In this document: positions 36,861 through 46,750 of the stretch, in pieces
Layout of the letters: every line of letters begins with the position of its first letter
Position numbering within the stretch: position 1 is the stretch's first letter
Origin: Pseudomonadota bacterium
GTDB lineage: Bacteria > Pseudomonadota > Alphaproteobacteria > Reyranellales > Reyranellaceae
DNA length: 64,000 bases
Assembly: GCA_049323495.1 (NCBI GenBank)
Contig: JBMONG010000017.1
Location: 19,227 to 83,226, forward strand
Reading direction: 5' to 3'
Translations under genes and position numbers: made by a program
The notes under the pieces: model-generated
The model's input: only the letters and a program-made list of their open reading frames with translations
What the model was told of the DNA's origin: nothing
Databases searched by the model: none

Positions 36861-37655
36861 ATGAGCGGGGAACTCTCGGGACAGGTCGCGATCGTCACGG
36901 GCGGCGCGTCGGGCATCGGCGCGGCCACCGCCGCCTTGCTGGCGGCCGCCGGCGCGCGCGTGATCGCCGCCGACCTGCAGGACGGGAGCCGGGAGGATCC
37001 GGCGGGCCGATTCGTGCGCCACGACGTGACCTCGGAAGAATCGTGGCAGGCGCTGCTAACCGACGTGCTGGCGGACGAGGGCCGCCTCGACATCATGGTC
37101 AACAATGCCGGAATCGGCGGCGGGGCAGGCAGCGTCGAGAGCACCGACGTCGAGAGCTGGCGGAGGGTGCAGGCCGTCAATTCCGAGGGCGTGTTCCTGG
37201 GCTGCAAGTACGCCATCCGGGGCATGAAGCAGACCGGGGCGGACAAGCCGGCCGCAGGCGGCACCATCGTCAACATCTCGTCCGTGGCGGGCCTGCAGGC
37301 CGGTGCCGGCTCGATCGCCTACACGGCCAGCAAGGGCGCGGTGCGGCTGCTGACCAAGAGCGTCGCGCTGTACTGCGCCGAGCGGAAGTACGGCATCCGC
37401 TGCAATTCTGTGCATCCCGGCGGGGTCGACACGCCGATCTTCGACCCGCTGTGGCAGATGGTGGGGCGCGAAGCAGGAAAGGCCCTGCTCGACGCGCGCC
37501 ATCCGATCGGCCGGATGGCCACGCCCGCCGAGATCGCGGAGGTCGTGCTGTGGCTGGCGTCGGAGCGGTCGAGCTTCGTCACCGGCGCCGAGATCGCGGC
37601 CGATGGCGGCCTCACCGCCGGACTGATGAGGAGGCAGCCGCTTGTCGCGTCTTGA
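36861..37655 (+). CDS. SDR family oxidoreductase
   Basis: ATG at 36861, with VTGGASGIG, NNAGI and YTASKGA motifs. The upstream part of ORF 36417..37655 was rejected. Confidence 0.85.
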   Translation: MSGELSGQVAIVTGGASGIGAATAALLAAAGARVIAADLQDGSREDPAGRFVRHDVTSEESWQALLTDVLADEGRLDIMVNNAGIGGGAGSVESTDVESWRRVQAVNSEGVFLGCKYAIRGMKQTGADKPAAGGTIVNISSVAGLQAGAGSIAYTASKGAVRLLTKSVALYCAERKYGIRCNSVHPGGVDTPIFDPLWQMVGREAGKALLDARHPIGRMATPAEIAEVVLWLASERSSFVTGAEIAADGGLTAGLMRRQPLVAS

Positions 37656-38400
37656 CGGGAAGGTGGTGCTGCTGAGCGGCGGCGCTTCGGGCATCGGGGC
37701 GGCCACCGCACGGCTCGTGGTGCGCGAGGGCGGCAAGGCCGTGCTGGCCGACCGCGACGAGGCCCGCGGCCGCGCCCTGGCCGAGGAGCTCGGTCCGGCC
37801 GCCCGCTTCGCACCGCTCGACGTGGTGCAGGAGGCCGACTGGCAGAAGGCCGTGGCGGAAGCGGTCGGGTCGTTCGGCGGCCTGCATGGCCTGGTCAACG
37901 CCGCCGGCATCGGCGTGCGCAACACGATCGAGGACTGCTCGCTGGCCGAGTATCGCCGGGTGCACGACGTCAACGCGCTCGGCACCTTCCTCGGCTGCAA
38001 GGCGGCGATTGCGGCGATGAAGCAATCGGGCGGCGGCTCGATCGTCAACATCTCGTCGGTGCTCGGGCTACGCGGTGCGCCGTACGCCATGGCCTACAGC
38101 GCCAGCAAAGGCGCGGTGCGGCTGCTGACCAAGCACGTGGCGCTGCATTGCGCCCAGATGAAGTACGGCATCCGCTGCAACTCGGTGCATCCGGGCTACA
38201 TCGACACGCCCATGGTGGCGCCGCGGCTGGACGACAAGGTCGGCAACATGACCGGCCGGCAGTGGCTGGAGGAGCTGCATCCGCTCGGCCGCCTGGGCCG
38301 CGCGGAAGAGGTCGCCGGGATGATCCTCTTCCTGCTGTCCGACGAATCGACCTTCTCGACCGGCGCGGAGTTCGTCTGCGACGGCGGCCTCACGGCATAA
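37642..38400 (+). CDS. SDR family oxidoreductase (tandem paralogue)
   Basis: TTG start at 37642 with LSGGASGIG and YSASKGA motifs. It overlaps the preceding SDR gene by 14 nt. Confidence 0.85.
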   Translation: MSRLDGKVVLLSGGASGIGAATARLVVREGGKAVLADRDEARGRALAEELGPAARFAPLDVVQEADWQKAVAEAVGSFGGLHGLVNAAGIGVRNTIEDCSLAEYRRVHDVNALGTFLGCKAAIAAMKQSGGGSIVNISSVLGLRGAPYAMAYSASKGAVRLLTKHVALHCAQMKYGIRCNSVHPGYIDTPMVAPRLDDKVGNMTGRQWLEELHPLGRLGRAEEVAGMILFLLSDESTFSTGAEFVCDGGLTA

Positions 38401-38406
38401 CCCAGG

Positions 38407-39288
38407 TCACCGCATGCCGGTGATCGAGGCGCTGACGGCCCGCAGGTCGCGCTTGGGCCAGCGGCCGGCATCGACCTGGACGATGAACTCGCCGACGATG
38501 CGGTTGAACTGGTCGGGATCCTCGAGGTTGATGGTGTGGCCGCAGTTCGGCATGACCGAGAGCGCCGCCGTCGGGATCTCGCGCTTCATCAGAAGCGCCG
38601 GCGCCAGGCACGGCCAGTCCTCGTCGCCGGTCAGGATCAGGGTCGGCGTCGTCATGGCCCGCATCTTCTCGACGAGGTCATAGAGCGACGGCCGCTGGCC
38701 CTGCACCCCGAGCTGGGTATTGGCGGAGCCGAGCGCCGAGTGCTCGGCCAGCTCCTTCTTGAACTGGGCGAAGCCGCGCGGGTCCTTGTTCTCGAACTGA
38801 ACCCGCGTCGGACCGTAGGCATACTTCTCGGCGAAGGCGGCCATGCCCTCCTCCCCCAGCGACTTGGCCACGACCTCCACTTCGGCACGGAACCGGGCCT
38901 GCTGCTCCTTCTCGGCGCCATAGCCCACACCGGCCACGACCAGCGACAGGGCACGTGCGGGATGGCGCAGGCCGAAATGCAGGGTGGCGAAGCCGCCCAT
39001 CGACAGGCCCACGACATGGGCCTTGTCGATGCCGAGATGATCGAGGATGGCGGCGATATCGTCAGTGGCGCGATCCTGGGAGTAGCGGTCGGGACTCTCG
39101 GGCACGTCGGAGGGCGGATAGCCGCGCGCCCCATAGGTGATGCAGCGGTAGCGCTGCCCGAAATGCCGCATCTGCAGTTCCCAGGAGCGATGGTCGGCGG
39201 CGAACTCGTGCACGAACACGATCGGGCGGCCGGCGCCGGTCTCCTCGTACCAGAGTCTCACTTTGTCGTCGGTCACGGCATAAGGCAT
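38407..39288 (-). CDS. alpha/beta hydrolase
   Basis: 293 aa with VFVHEF, nucleophile elbow GLSMGG and C-terminal CGHTINLE. Confidence 0.85.
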   Translation of the reverse strand: MPYAVTDDKVRLWYEETGAGRPIVFVHEFAADHRSWELQMRHFGQRYRCITYGARGYPPSDVPESPDRYSQDRATDDIAAILDHLGIDKAHVVGLSMGGFATLHFGLRHPARALSLVVAGVGYGAEKEQQARFRAEVEVVAKSLGEEGMAAFAEKYAYGPTRVQFENKDPRGFAQFKKELAEHSALGSANTQLGVQGQRPSLYDLVEKMRAMTTPTLILTGDEDWPCLAPALLMKREIPTAALSVMPNCGHTINLEDPDQFNRIVGEFIVQVDAGRWPKRDLRAVSASITGMR

Positions 39289-39378
39289 CGTTTTCTCCGG
39301 GTCGGCCCTGACAATAGCTCATATGGCGGCCGCGGCGCGCAGTGATACGCTGCCGCCGTCAAGCGAAGATTGGAAGAC

Positions 39379-40122
39379 ATGAGCGAGATCGGGACCGGCC
39401 TCCAGAATGCCGCGGGCATCCGCAACGCGGTGGCCCGCGCGGGCTACGCCTTCGTCGAGGCATCGGACATGCGCAATGCCCTGGCGCGCTTCGGCAGCCT
39501 GGCCGACTGGCCGGCCTTCGCCGAGAGCTGGAACGATCTCGCGGTCGACACCTACATGGCCGATGGCGGACGCTACCGGCGGCGGCGCTTCGGCGTCTGG
39601 CGGACCGGCCGCCAGGGCGCGATCGAGCGCGGCGCCCACCAGGCCCATTTCCAGACGCTGGACTACAACACCCTCAACGGCGGCATCGACCGCTGGTTCG
39701 AGCCGATCACCGACGCGATCGGCGGCGGCAGCACCATGCGCACCGTCCTGGAATATTGCCGGGCGCTGTTCGGACGCCTTGCGCCGGAGACCGACCGCTG
39801 GCACGTCGAGGCCCACCAGTTCCGCATCGAGGCGCGGCCCGAGGAGCTCGGCAAGCCGACGCCGGAGGGCATGCACCGCGACGGCGTCGACTTCGTGCTG
39901 GTGCTGCTGGTCTCCCGCCGCAACATCAAGAGCGGCACGACGACGGTGCACGACCTCGACAAGCGCACGCTGGGCAGCTTCACCCTCACCGACCCGCTGG
40001 ACGCCGCGATCGTCGACGACGCGCGCTGCTACCACGGCGTCACGCCGGTCGAGCCGGAGAATCCGGCACAGCCGGCCTACCGCGACGTGCTGGTCGTGAC
40101 CTTCCGCAAGGCGCGTAGCTGA
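39379..40122 (+). CDS. 2OG-Fe dioxygenase family protein (PF10014-like)
   Basis: PEGMHRDGVDFVLVLLVSRRNIKSGTTTV matches my memory of the family's HxD facial-triad region. The start is ATG 39379, or TTG 39370. Confidence 0.75.
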   Translation: MSEIGTGLQNAAGIRNAVARAGYAFVEASDMRNALARFGSLADWPAFAESWNDLAVDTYMADGGRYRRRRFGVWRTGRQGAIERGAHQAHFQTLDYNTLNGGIDRWFEPITDAIGGGSTMRTVLEYCRALFGRLAPETDRWHVEAHQFRIEARPEELGKPTPEGMHRDGVDFVLVLLVSRRNIKSGTTTVHDLDKRTLGSFTLTDPLDAAIVDDARCYHGVTPVEPENPAQPAYRDVLVVTFRKARS

Positions 40123-40131
40123 CGTCATTCC

Positions 40132-40260
40132 CCTCCCCTTGGCGGAGTCCGCCAAGGGGAGGTGGCGCGAAGCGCCGGAGGGGTCATCGGCCGCCTCATC
40201 GGTGTGATTCACGACCCCTCCGGCCGCTTCGCGGCCACCTCCCCAACGTTGTTGGGGAGG
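40132..40260. repeat. composite REP-like extragenic palindromic element
   Basis: Three nested or adjacent inverted repeats are present. The first is 40132-40146 with 40148-40162 (15-bp arms). The second is 40158-40185 with 40213-40242 (28 and 30 nt, two 1-nt indels). The third is 40238-40247 with 40251-40260 (10-bp arms). The element fills the gap between convergent genes. Confidence 0.8.
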
Positions 40261-40270
40261 GCAAGAGAAA

Positions 40271-41041
40271 CTAACCGCCGATCGTCACGCCGGCATCGGC
40301 GATGATGGTCTGGCCGGTGATGAAGGCGCCGGCCTTGGAAGCCAGCATGACGGCGATGCCGCCGATGTCGTCGGGCTCGCCGATGCGGCGCAGCGGCGCG
40401 GTCTGCAGGCGCTTGTCGAGATACTTCGGATCCTCCCAGAGGGCGCGGGCGAAGTCGGTCCGCACCAGGCCGGGCGCGATCGTGTTGACGCGGATGTTGT
40501 CGGGCCCCAGCTCGGCCGCGAGGTTGCGCGCGAGCTGCATGTCGGCCGCCTTCGAGATGCAGTAGGCGCCGATCACCGTGCTCGCCCGCACGCCGCCGAT
40601 CGACGACACGATGATCACCGAGCCGTCCTTCTTGGCCCGCATGTCGGGCACGCAGAGCGTGGTCAGCCAGATGTTCGACAGGATGTTGTTCTGCATGATC
40701 TTGGTGAAGACGTCGTCCGGCATCTTCTCGGTCGGGCCATAGTACGGATTGCTGGCCGCGTTGCAGACCAGCACGTCGATCGGGCCGAGCTGCTTGCGGG
40801 TCTCGGCGACCAGCCGCTCGCACTGCGCCTTGTCGGAGATGTTGCAGGGGATGACGATCGCCTCGCCGCCGGCCTTGCGGATCTCCTCGGCCGCCTCCTC
40901 GCAGGCCGGCTGCTTGCGCGACGAGACCACGACCTTGGCGCCCTGCAACGCGAGGTGCAGCGCGATCGACTTGCCGATGCCCTTGCTCGAGCCGGTGACG
41001 ATGGCGACCTTGCCCGTCAGGTCGAAAAGCGGCGATGCCAT
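40271..41041 (-). CDS. SDR family oxidoreductase
   Basis: 256 aa with VTGSSKGIG, NAAS and YCISKAA motifs. Confidence 0.9.
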   Translation of the reverse strand: MASPLFDLTGKVAIVTGSSKGIGKSIALHLALQGAKVVVSSRKQPACEEAAEEIRKAGGEAIVIPCNISDKAQCERLVAETRKQLGPIDVLVCNAASNPYYGPTEKMPDDVFTKIMQNNILSNIWLTTLCVPDMRAKKDGSVIIVSSIGGVRASTVIGAYCISKAADMQLARNLAAELGPDNIRVNTIAPGLVRTDFARALWEDPKYLDKRLQTAPLRRIGEPDDIGGIAVMLASKAGAFITGQTIIADAGVTIGG

Positions 41042-41217
41042 GAAGAACCCTCCTCAGCCATGAAGGCGCCCTGTGTCGCACGAAACGCGCGCGGGCGAAA
41101 ATCGGGAACGTGTTCGCGCCGTGATGCGGAATGCCGGCGCAAGCCATTGAACACGCGGGACAAAAGTGCCCTGGCTGCCGGGCAGACATGTCGCATGAAT
41201 CGCGACATCGGCGACAG

Positions 41218-41757
41218 TCACTCCGCCTCTGCTGCCGCGGCGCGTGCGGCAGCCGCGCGCTCCGCCGCGTCCTGGCGGTTGCGCTCGGTAGCGGCTTCCA
41301 GCTCACGCAGCCACTGGGGTTCCCGATGGGCTTCGTCGGCCGCGGTGCGGGCATCTTCGCGCGCACGCAAGCGATCGAAGCGCGCCAGCAGGCGCATCAG
41401 CATGGCGTCGTTGTGGCGCTCCACCGTCGCGACGTGCCGGCCGCGATGGAACACCGGCCGCCGGTCGGTACCGAGCGCCCGACGCATCGCAAGGTCCTCC
41501 AGGATCTCCAGCCGGTTGGCCAGCACGGCCTCGTAGCGCCGCGCGAAGACCGGATTGCCGGCTCGCCACCGTTGAACGGTACGCGTGGCCACCCCGATGC
41601 GTGCGGCAGCCTCGGCGACGGAGCCGGACAGGGCAAACCGGCGCAGGAAGTGGGTCTGCAGCCGCGCCGTCGTCCGACGTCGCGGCGGCGGGGGTCCTTC
41701 GACCGCGCGAGAATCCGAAAGGATCAGCACGGGGTCGGTTGCTGGTGTATTGGTCAC
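41218..41757 (-). CDS. terminase-small-subunit-like HTH protein (orphan)
   Basis: GTG at 41757 is preceded by AAGGA. HTH LSGSVAEAAARIGVATRTVQRWRAGNPVFARRYEAVL and a downstream HNDAMLMRLLARFD resemble alphaproteobacterial TerS-like proteins, from memory. The start is uncertain. Confidence 0.5.
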   Translation of the reverse strand: MTNTPATDPVLILSDSRAVEGPPPPRRRTTARLQTHFLRRFALSGSVAEAAARIGVATRTVQRWRAGNPVFARRYEAVLANRLEILEDLAMRRALGTDRRPVFHRGRHVATVERHNDAMLMRLLARFDRLRAREDARTAADEAHREPQWLRELEAATERNRQDAAERAAAARAAAAEAE

Positions 41758-41774
41758 AGGAGGTTCCTTACCAG

Positions 41775-41808
41775 GGTTGGTTACTGTATTTATAAACCAT
41801 AACCAACC
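41775..41808. promoter_or_regulatory. inverted repeat in AT-rich leader of the TerS-like gene
   Basis: GGTTGGTTA (41775-41783) and TAACCAACC (41800-41808) are perfect 9-bp arms around the 16-nt AT-rich spacer CTGTATTTATAAACCA, 18 nt upstream of the proposed start. Confidence 0.35.
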
Positions 41809-41890
41809 ATCACACCAGTCCGGCCCTGCCCCGCCTTCGTTACCCCGCTGGTGCCGCCGGAGCGGCATCGCCCTGAAGCGCGTGCGCGCG

Positions 41891-42898
41891 TTACAGGCGG
41901 ATGAGTGGCTTTCCCGTGAAACCGCCCGCGAACAGGTCTTCGACGGCTTGCGGCACCTGATCCAGGCCTTCGCGCACGGTCTGCAAGGGCCGGAAGCGTC
42001 CCGCCTCGATCCACGACCACATCAGGTCGCGAAATCGGCCGAGGCCCTCGAGATGGTCGGTGAACGGCAGATAGCCCTGGACGCGGATACGTTGCGTCAC
42101 GATCCGGTTGAGGTTGTGCATCGTGTCCGAGGCGTGTTCCTGATTGTAGCTGCTGATCATGCCGCTCAAGGCAAAGCGCGCATGCGGGTTGGCCAGGGAC
42201 AGAGCCGCGTCGAGATGCTCGCCTCCGACGTTATCGATATAGATATCGATCCCGCGCGGAGCAGCGGCTGCGAGCTTGTCCACGAGCCGGCCCGGCGATT
42301 TGTAGTCGATCGCGGCATCCGCGCCGAGGTCACGGAGCAGACGGCACTTGGCCTCGCCCCCGGCCGATCCGATGACGGTGAGGCCGAGCGCCTTCCCGAT
42401 CTGCACGGCAGTGCTGCCGACCGCTCCGGCAGCGCCCGACACGAACAACGTTTCGCCCGTTTGGGGTTTGCCTATGTCGACGAGCCCGACATAGGCGGTA
42501 TAGCCGGTCGATCCGAGCGCATTGAGATAATGCTCGGGGGGCGGTCCCGGCATGGGCAGTTTCTCGAACGCGGAGGCCGGCCCCTGGCCGACGTCGCGCA
42601 GGCCATATTGATGGATGACCAGATCACCTTCGGCCAATGCTGCAGCTTTGGACGCGACGACCTGGCCGATCGCCCATCCCCCTATCGGCTTTCCCAGATC
42701 ATAAGGGGGGAGATAGCCCCGCGTTTCGGCGGACATCCGCACGCGCATGGCCGGCCCGACGGTCAGCCACAGGTTCCGCACGCGAACCTCTCCGTCGCCG
42801 AGAGGCGGTTCATCAAATTCGCGCAACGCGAAATGTTCGCGCCTGGGCATGCCGTCTGGCCGCCTGATGAGCGTCCAGGCCTGGGTTTTCACGGCCAT
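41891..42898 (-). CDS. NADP-dependent oxidoreductase (MDR superfamily, YncB/PTGR-like)
   Basis: ATG at 42898 (MAVKTQAW). GAAGAVGS nucleotide-binding motif. The overall pattern is that of zinc-free medium-chain reductases. Confidence 0.85.
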   Translation of the reverse strand: MAVKTQAWTLIRRPDGMPRREHFALREFDEPPLGDGEVRVRNLWLTVGPAMRVRMSAETRGYLPPYDLGKPIGGWAIGQVVASKAAALAEGDLVIHQYGLRDVGQGPASAFEKLPMPGPPPEHYLNALGSTGYTAYVGLVDIGKPQTGETLFVSGAAGAVGSTAVQIGKALGLTVIGSAGGEAKCRLLRDLGADAAIDYKSPGRLVDKLAAAAPRGIDIYIDNVGGEHLDAALSLANPHARFALSGMISSYNQEHASDTMHNLNRIVTQRIRVQGYLPFTDHLEGLGRFRDLMWSWIEAGRFRPLQTVREGLDQVPQAVEDLFAGGFTGKPLIRL

Positions 42899-43031
42899 TA
42901 TCGAACTCCAGTCAAGGAAGAGAGAAAGAGGCATTGGGGAACAACGGGGATCGCCTCACCGACCTTTCAGATATTCGAGACATGAGTAGTCGAACGGCAG
43001 CCTGCGGCGGCGGTACCATTCCAACTGCCAT

Positions 43032-43853
43032 TCACAACGATCCCGGGGCCTGCCTGCCCGCATATCGCGCAGCTGCCCTCGCGTCGAAGGCGCCCTGCAG
43101 CGCGCTGCTTCCGGCCGCCTCATAGTTGCGCAGGAGCGATTCGTCGTGAACCGATGGCGCGGTCACGCGCTCGCCCATGTGCAAACCCGCAAGTGCTGCA
43201 TCCACGAGGTCCTCCGCGCTCATCACGATCTCCGGCGGCAAAGGATCCAGGTCGGCGCCCCCCGCGACCTCCCACCCTTCCGAGACGACGGCACCCGGCA
43301 GGACAAGCTGGACGCGGACGGGCGTGCCCTCGACCTCGCTCTGGAGGCTCTGCGTGAAGAGATACACATAGGCTTTGGTGGCGCCGTAGACGGGGATGCC
43401 GGGATAGGGAGCAAAGCCGGCGCCCGAGCCGATGTTGATCAGCGTACCCGCTCCCCGCGCCGTGAACGCGGCGAGCGCGGCTTTCGACAGGAGTGTCAGC
43501 GCCGTCACGTTCAACGCGATCATGCTGCCGATCGTCTCGTCCGAAGTGCGCGTCAACGGCTTCAACGCCGAAAATCCGGCGTTGTTGACGAGGAGCGACA
43601 CAGAGGTATCGCCTGCAATGCGCCCGCCGACGGCCGACACGCCTTGCGGCTGTGAGAGATCGGCGACCAGCACCTCGGCGCGGACGCCGAAACGCTCTGC
43701 GAGGCGCGCAGCGAGCTGTCGCAGCCGATCCTCCCTGCGCGCGACCAGCACAAGGTCGTGCCCCAGCGACGCCAGCCGATCGGCATAGACCTTGCCGATG
43801 CCAGATGATGCTCCCGTGACGATCGCCGTGCCCCCGTTGCCCTTCCCGCTCAT
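43032..43853 (-). CDS. SDR family oxidoreductase
   Basis: VTGASSGIG, NNAG and YGATKAY motifs. Confidence 0.85.
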   Translation of the reverse strand: MSGKGNGGTAIVTGASSGIGKVYADRLASLGHDLVLVARREDRLRQLAARLAERFGVRAEVLVADLSQPQGVSAVGGRIAGDTSVSLLVNNAGFSALKPLTRTSDETIGSMIALNVTALTLLSKAALAAFTARGAGTLINIGSGAGFAPYPGIPVYGATKAYVYLFTQSLQSEVEGTPVRVQLVLPGAVVSEGWEVAGGADLDPLPPEIVMSAEDLVDAALAGLHMGERVTAPSVHDESLLRNYEAAGSSALQGAFDARAAARYAGRQAPGSL

Positions 43854-43961
43854 GCGGCCTCCTCGCTCTGCGCGCCAACAGCTATCGAGAAGAGAAGGTA
43901 TAAATCATGTACTTGGTGTCAATCAGGCACTAGAAATAGCCCAAGTCTAGTCGGGGATACC

Positions 43962-44339
43962 ATGCCGTACACTGAGGAGCAGGTGATCGAGACGGTTCCG
44001 GTCGTGCGGCAGGTGCTGGAGCAGATCGCACACAAATGGTCCATCCTCGTCCTCACGTTTCTCTGCGAAGAACCGAAGCGCTTCAACGCCCTGAGGCGAC
44101 GCCTCGACGGCATCACGCAGAAGGCACTGACCGACACGCTGCGGCGGTTGGAACGGAATGGCCTCATCGACCGACAAGTCATCACGACATCGCCTATCGC
44201 GGTCGTCTATTCGATCACGCCACTCGGAAGGACATTGCAGGAGCCGCTTCTTGCCCTCTATGACTGGGCCCTCTGCCATCAGGCCGATCTGCGTGACGCA
44301 CACGAGCGCTTCGACGCGGCGGCGCGGGACGACTGCTAA
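43962..44339 (+). CDS. HxlR family transcriptional regulator
   Basis: 125 aa. IAHKWSILVLTFLCEEPKRFNALRRRLDGITQKALTDTLRRLERNGLIDR is the HxlR wHTH signature. It is divergent from an SDR gene. Confidence 0.85.
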   Translation: MPYTEEQVIETVPVVRQVLEQIAHKWSILVLTFLCEEPKRFNALRRRLDGITQKALTDTLRRLERNGLIDRQVITTSPIAVVYSITPLGRTLQEPLLALYDWALCHQADLRDAHERFDAAARDDC

Positions 44340-44405
44340 AGGCGCCTCCAAATATCGAGCACCTGAACGATCGTAGCCAGGCGGGACCGGGTCGGGCGTG
44401 AGGGA

Positions 44406-45515
44406 ATGAAGCAGGCCAAGCGCATCATCATCTGCGGCGGCGGCGCGATCGGCGCGGCCATCGCCTACTTCCTGAGCCGGCGTGGCGCGCAGCCCCTCGT
44501 GGTCGAACGGCACGCGGTCGGCGGCGCGGCCTCGGGCAAGTCGGGCGGCTTCCTGGCCCTCGACTGGTGCGCCGGCACGCCGCTCGACGCCCTGGCACGG
44601 CGCAGCTTCGCCCTCCATGGCGAGCTGGCCGAGACGCTCGGCAATCCCTGGGGCTATCGGCGGCTCACGACCTATGCCGGCCATGTCGCCGAAGACGGCA
44701 AGGGCAGCACGACGAAATGGGCCTGGCTGTCAGATGCGGTGGTGATCACGGGCCGGCTCGGATCGCCACGCACGACGGCCGTGGTCGAGCCGCGCGCCTT
44801 CACCGCCGGGCTGATGGACGCGGCCGAGGCACAGGGCGCCACGCTGCGGCATGGCACGGTCGCAGGCCTGCTGCGCGGGCCGGACGGCGCCGTCCGCGGC
44901 ATCGCGCTGGAGGACGGCGAGATCGTCGAAGGCGACGCCGTCGTCCTCGCCCTGGGTCCCTGGTCGATCCTGGCGACGCGCTGGCTGCCGCTGCCCGCCG
45001 TGTTCGGCTACAAGGGCCACAGCCTCGTCTTCCGCACCGGCGATGCCGTCCCCGCCGAAGCGCTCTTCCTCGAATATCGCGAGCCGGGCGGCGACCTGCT
45101 CAGTCCGGAACTCTTCGCGCGCGCCGATGGCACGACCTGGGTCTGCGCGATCTCGAGCGATGGCCCGCTGCCGGTCGACCCTGCCCATGTCGCGCCGGAC
45201 CCCGGAGCGCATGAGCGACTCGAGGCGATGTGCCGAACCCTCTCGCCGGTCTTCGCCGACAGTCCGGTCATCGCACGCCAAGCGTGTTTCCGGCCGCTCA
45301 CCCAGGACGGCCTGCCGCTGATCGGGCCGGTGCCGGGCGTCGAGGGCGCCTTCGTGGCCACCGGCCACAATGTCTGGGGCATGCTCAATGCACCGGCCAC
45401 CGGCGAGGCGATGGCCGAGCTGATCCTCGACGGCGCGACACGTCACATAAGTCTCGCGCCTTTCAGGCCCGAACGCCTGCCGGCCTTCGATCCGGCGGAA
45501 TTGCGGGAGACCTGA
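44406..45515 (+). CDS. FAD-dependent oxidoreductase (DAO family)
   Basis: N-terminal IIICGGGAIGAAIAYFLSRRG dinucleotide-binding motif. 369 aa. Confidence 0.85.
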   Translation: MKQAKRIIICGGGAIGAAIAYFLSRRGAQPLVVERHAVGGAASGKSGGFLALDWCAGTPLDALARRSFALHGELAETLGNPWGYRRLTTYAGHVAEDGKGSTTKWAWLSDAVVITGRLGSPRTTAVVEPRAFTAGLMDAAEAQGATLRHGTVAGLLRGPDGAVRGIALEDGEIVEGDAVVLALGPWSILATRWLPLPAVFGYKGHSLVFRTGDAVPAEALFLEYREPGGDLLSPELFARADGTTWVCAISSDGPLPVDPAHVAPDPGAHERLEAMCRTLSPVFADSPVIARQACFRPLTQDGLPLIGPVPGVEGAFVATGHNVWGMLNAPATGEAMAELILDGATRHISLAPFRPERLPAFDPAELRET

Positions 45516-45525
45516 CGCCGCCTGC

Positions 45526-46566
45526 TCACTGCCGTCTGTCGCTGGCAAAATCCAGCACGATCCGGCCGCGGATGTCGCCACGCTCCATGCGCGTGAAGAC
45601 GCCGTTGATGTCGTCGAGGCCCGCGGTCTCGACGGTCGCCTTGACCTTGCCGGCGGCAGCGAAGTCGATGGCCTCCTGCAGGTCGAGACGCGTGCCGACG
45701 ATCGATCCGCGCACCGTGATCCCGTTCAGCACCGTGTCGAAGATCGGCAGCGGAAAGTCGCCCGGCGGCAGGCCGACCAGGGAGACGGTGCCGCCGCGCG
45801 CCACCATGCCCTGTGCCTGCGCGAAGGCCTTGGGCGACACCGCGGTGACGAGCACGCCCTGTGCGCCGCCGATCTCCTGCCGGATCGCAGCGACCGGATC
45901 GCGGTCGCGCGCGTTCACGGTGACCGACGCGCCCAGCCTGCGCGCGAGTTCGAGCTTGGCGTCGTCGATGTCGACGGCAGCGACCTCGAGCCCCATCGCC
46001 CTGGCGTACTGCACGGCCATGTGCCCGAGCCCGCCGATCCCGGAGATCGCCACCCAGTCGCCGGGCCGCGCCTCGGTCATCTTGAGACCCTTGTAGACCG
46101 TGACGCCGGCGCACAGGATTGGTGCCACCTCGACGAAGCCGACATTGCGCGGCAGGTGCCCGACATAGGCGGGATCGGCCAGGACATACTCGGCGAAGCT
46201 GCCATTCACCGAATAGCCGGTGTTCTGCTGCTCGACGCACAGCGTCTCCCAGCCGCCCAGGCAATGCCGGCAGTGCCCGCAGGCGGAATAGAGCCAGGGC
46301 ACGCCGACGCGGTCGCCTTCCTTGACATACCGGACGCCGCGACCGACCGCCGCCACCTCGCCGACCCCTTCATGGCCGGGGATGAAAGGCGGCCTCGGCT
46401 TCACGGGCCAGTCGCCGTGCGCCGCATGCAGGTCGGTATGGCAGACGCCCGTCGCCGCGATCTTCACCAGGACCTGGCCGTCGCCGACCGAGGGGACCGG
46501 CACTTCCTCGATCACCAGGGGCTTGTGGAACTCGTGAACGACGGCTGCCTTCATGGTCTTCGGCAT
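45526..46566 (-). CDS. zinc-dependent alcohol dehydrogenase
   Basis: [16 protein letters not shown], the structural zinc cluster CGHCRHC and the GIGGLGH NAD motif. Confidence 0.9.
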   Translation of the reverse strand: MPKTMKAAVVHEFHKPLVIEEVPVPSVGDGQVLVKIAATGVCHTDLHAAHGDWPVKPRPPFIPGHEGVGEVAAVGRGVRYVKEGDRVGVPWLYSACGHCRHCLGGWETLCVEQQNTGYSVNGSFAEYVLADPAYVGHLPRNVGFVEVAPILCAGVTVYKGLKMTEARPGDWVAISGIGGLGHMAVQYARAMGLEVAAVDIDDAKLELARRLGASVTVNARDRDPVAAIRQEIGGAQGVLVTAVSPKAFAQAQGMVARGGTVSLVGLPPGDFPLPIFDTVLNGITVRGSIVGTRLDLQEAIDFAAAGKVKATVETAGLDDINGVFTRMERGDIRGRIVLDFASDRRQ

Positions 46567-46750
46567 GAGTGACCTCCTGAGCCGGAAGCGTGATGTCGCC
46601 GCACCGGCGCGATTTGGGCCATCGGCAACGGCGACGAGATCGAGACGCTATCCGCTTCGATCTGTGCAGGAATTGAGCGATATCAAGGAGAGTGGACGCC
46701 TCCCTCGAGCGTCTTGCACCTTGGCCGCAGATGTGCCCCCTGTGTGGTGC

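Noticed and set aside
41042-41890. A possible prophage or integrative-element remnant around the TerS-like gene.
   Set aside because: I found no integrase, tRNA, direct repeats, capsid, portal or large-terminase genes nearby. The flanks are ordinary oxidoreductase genes.
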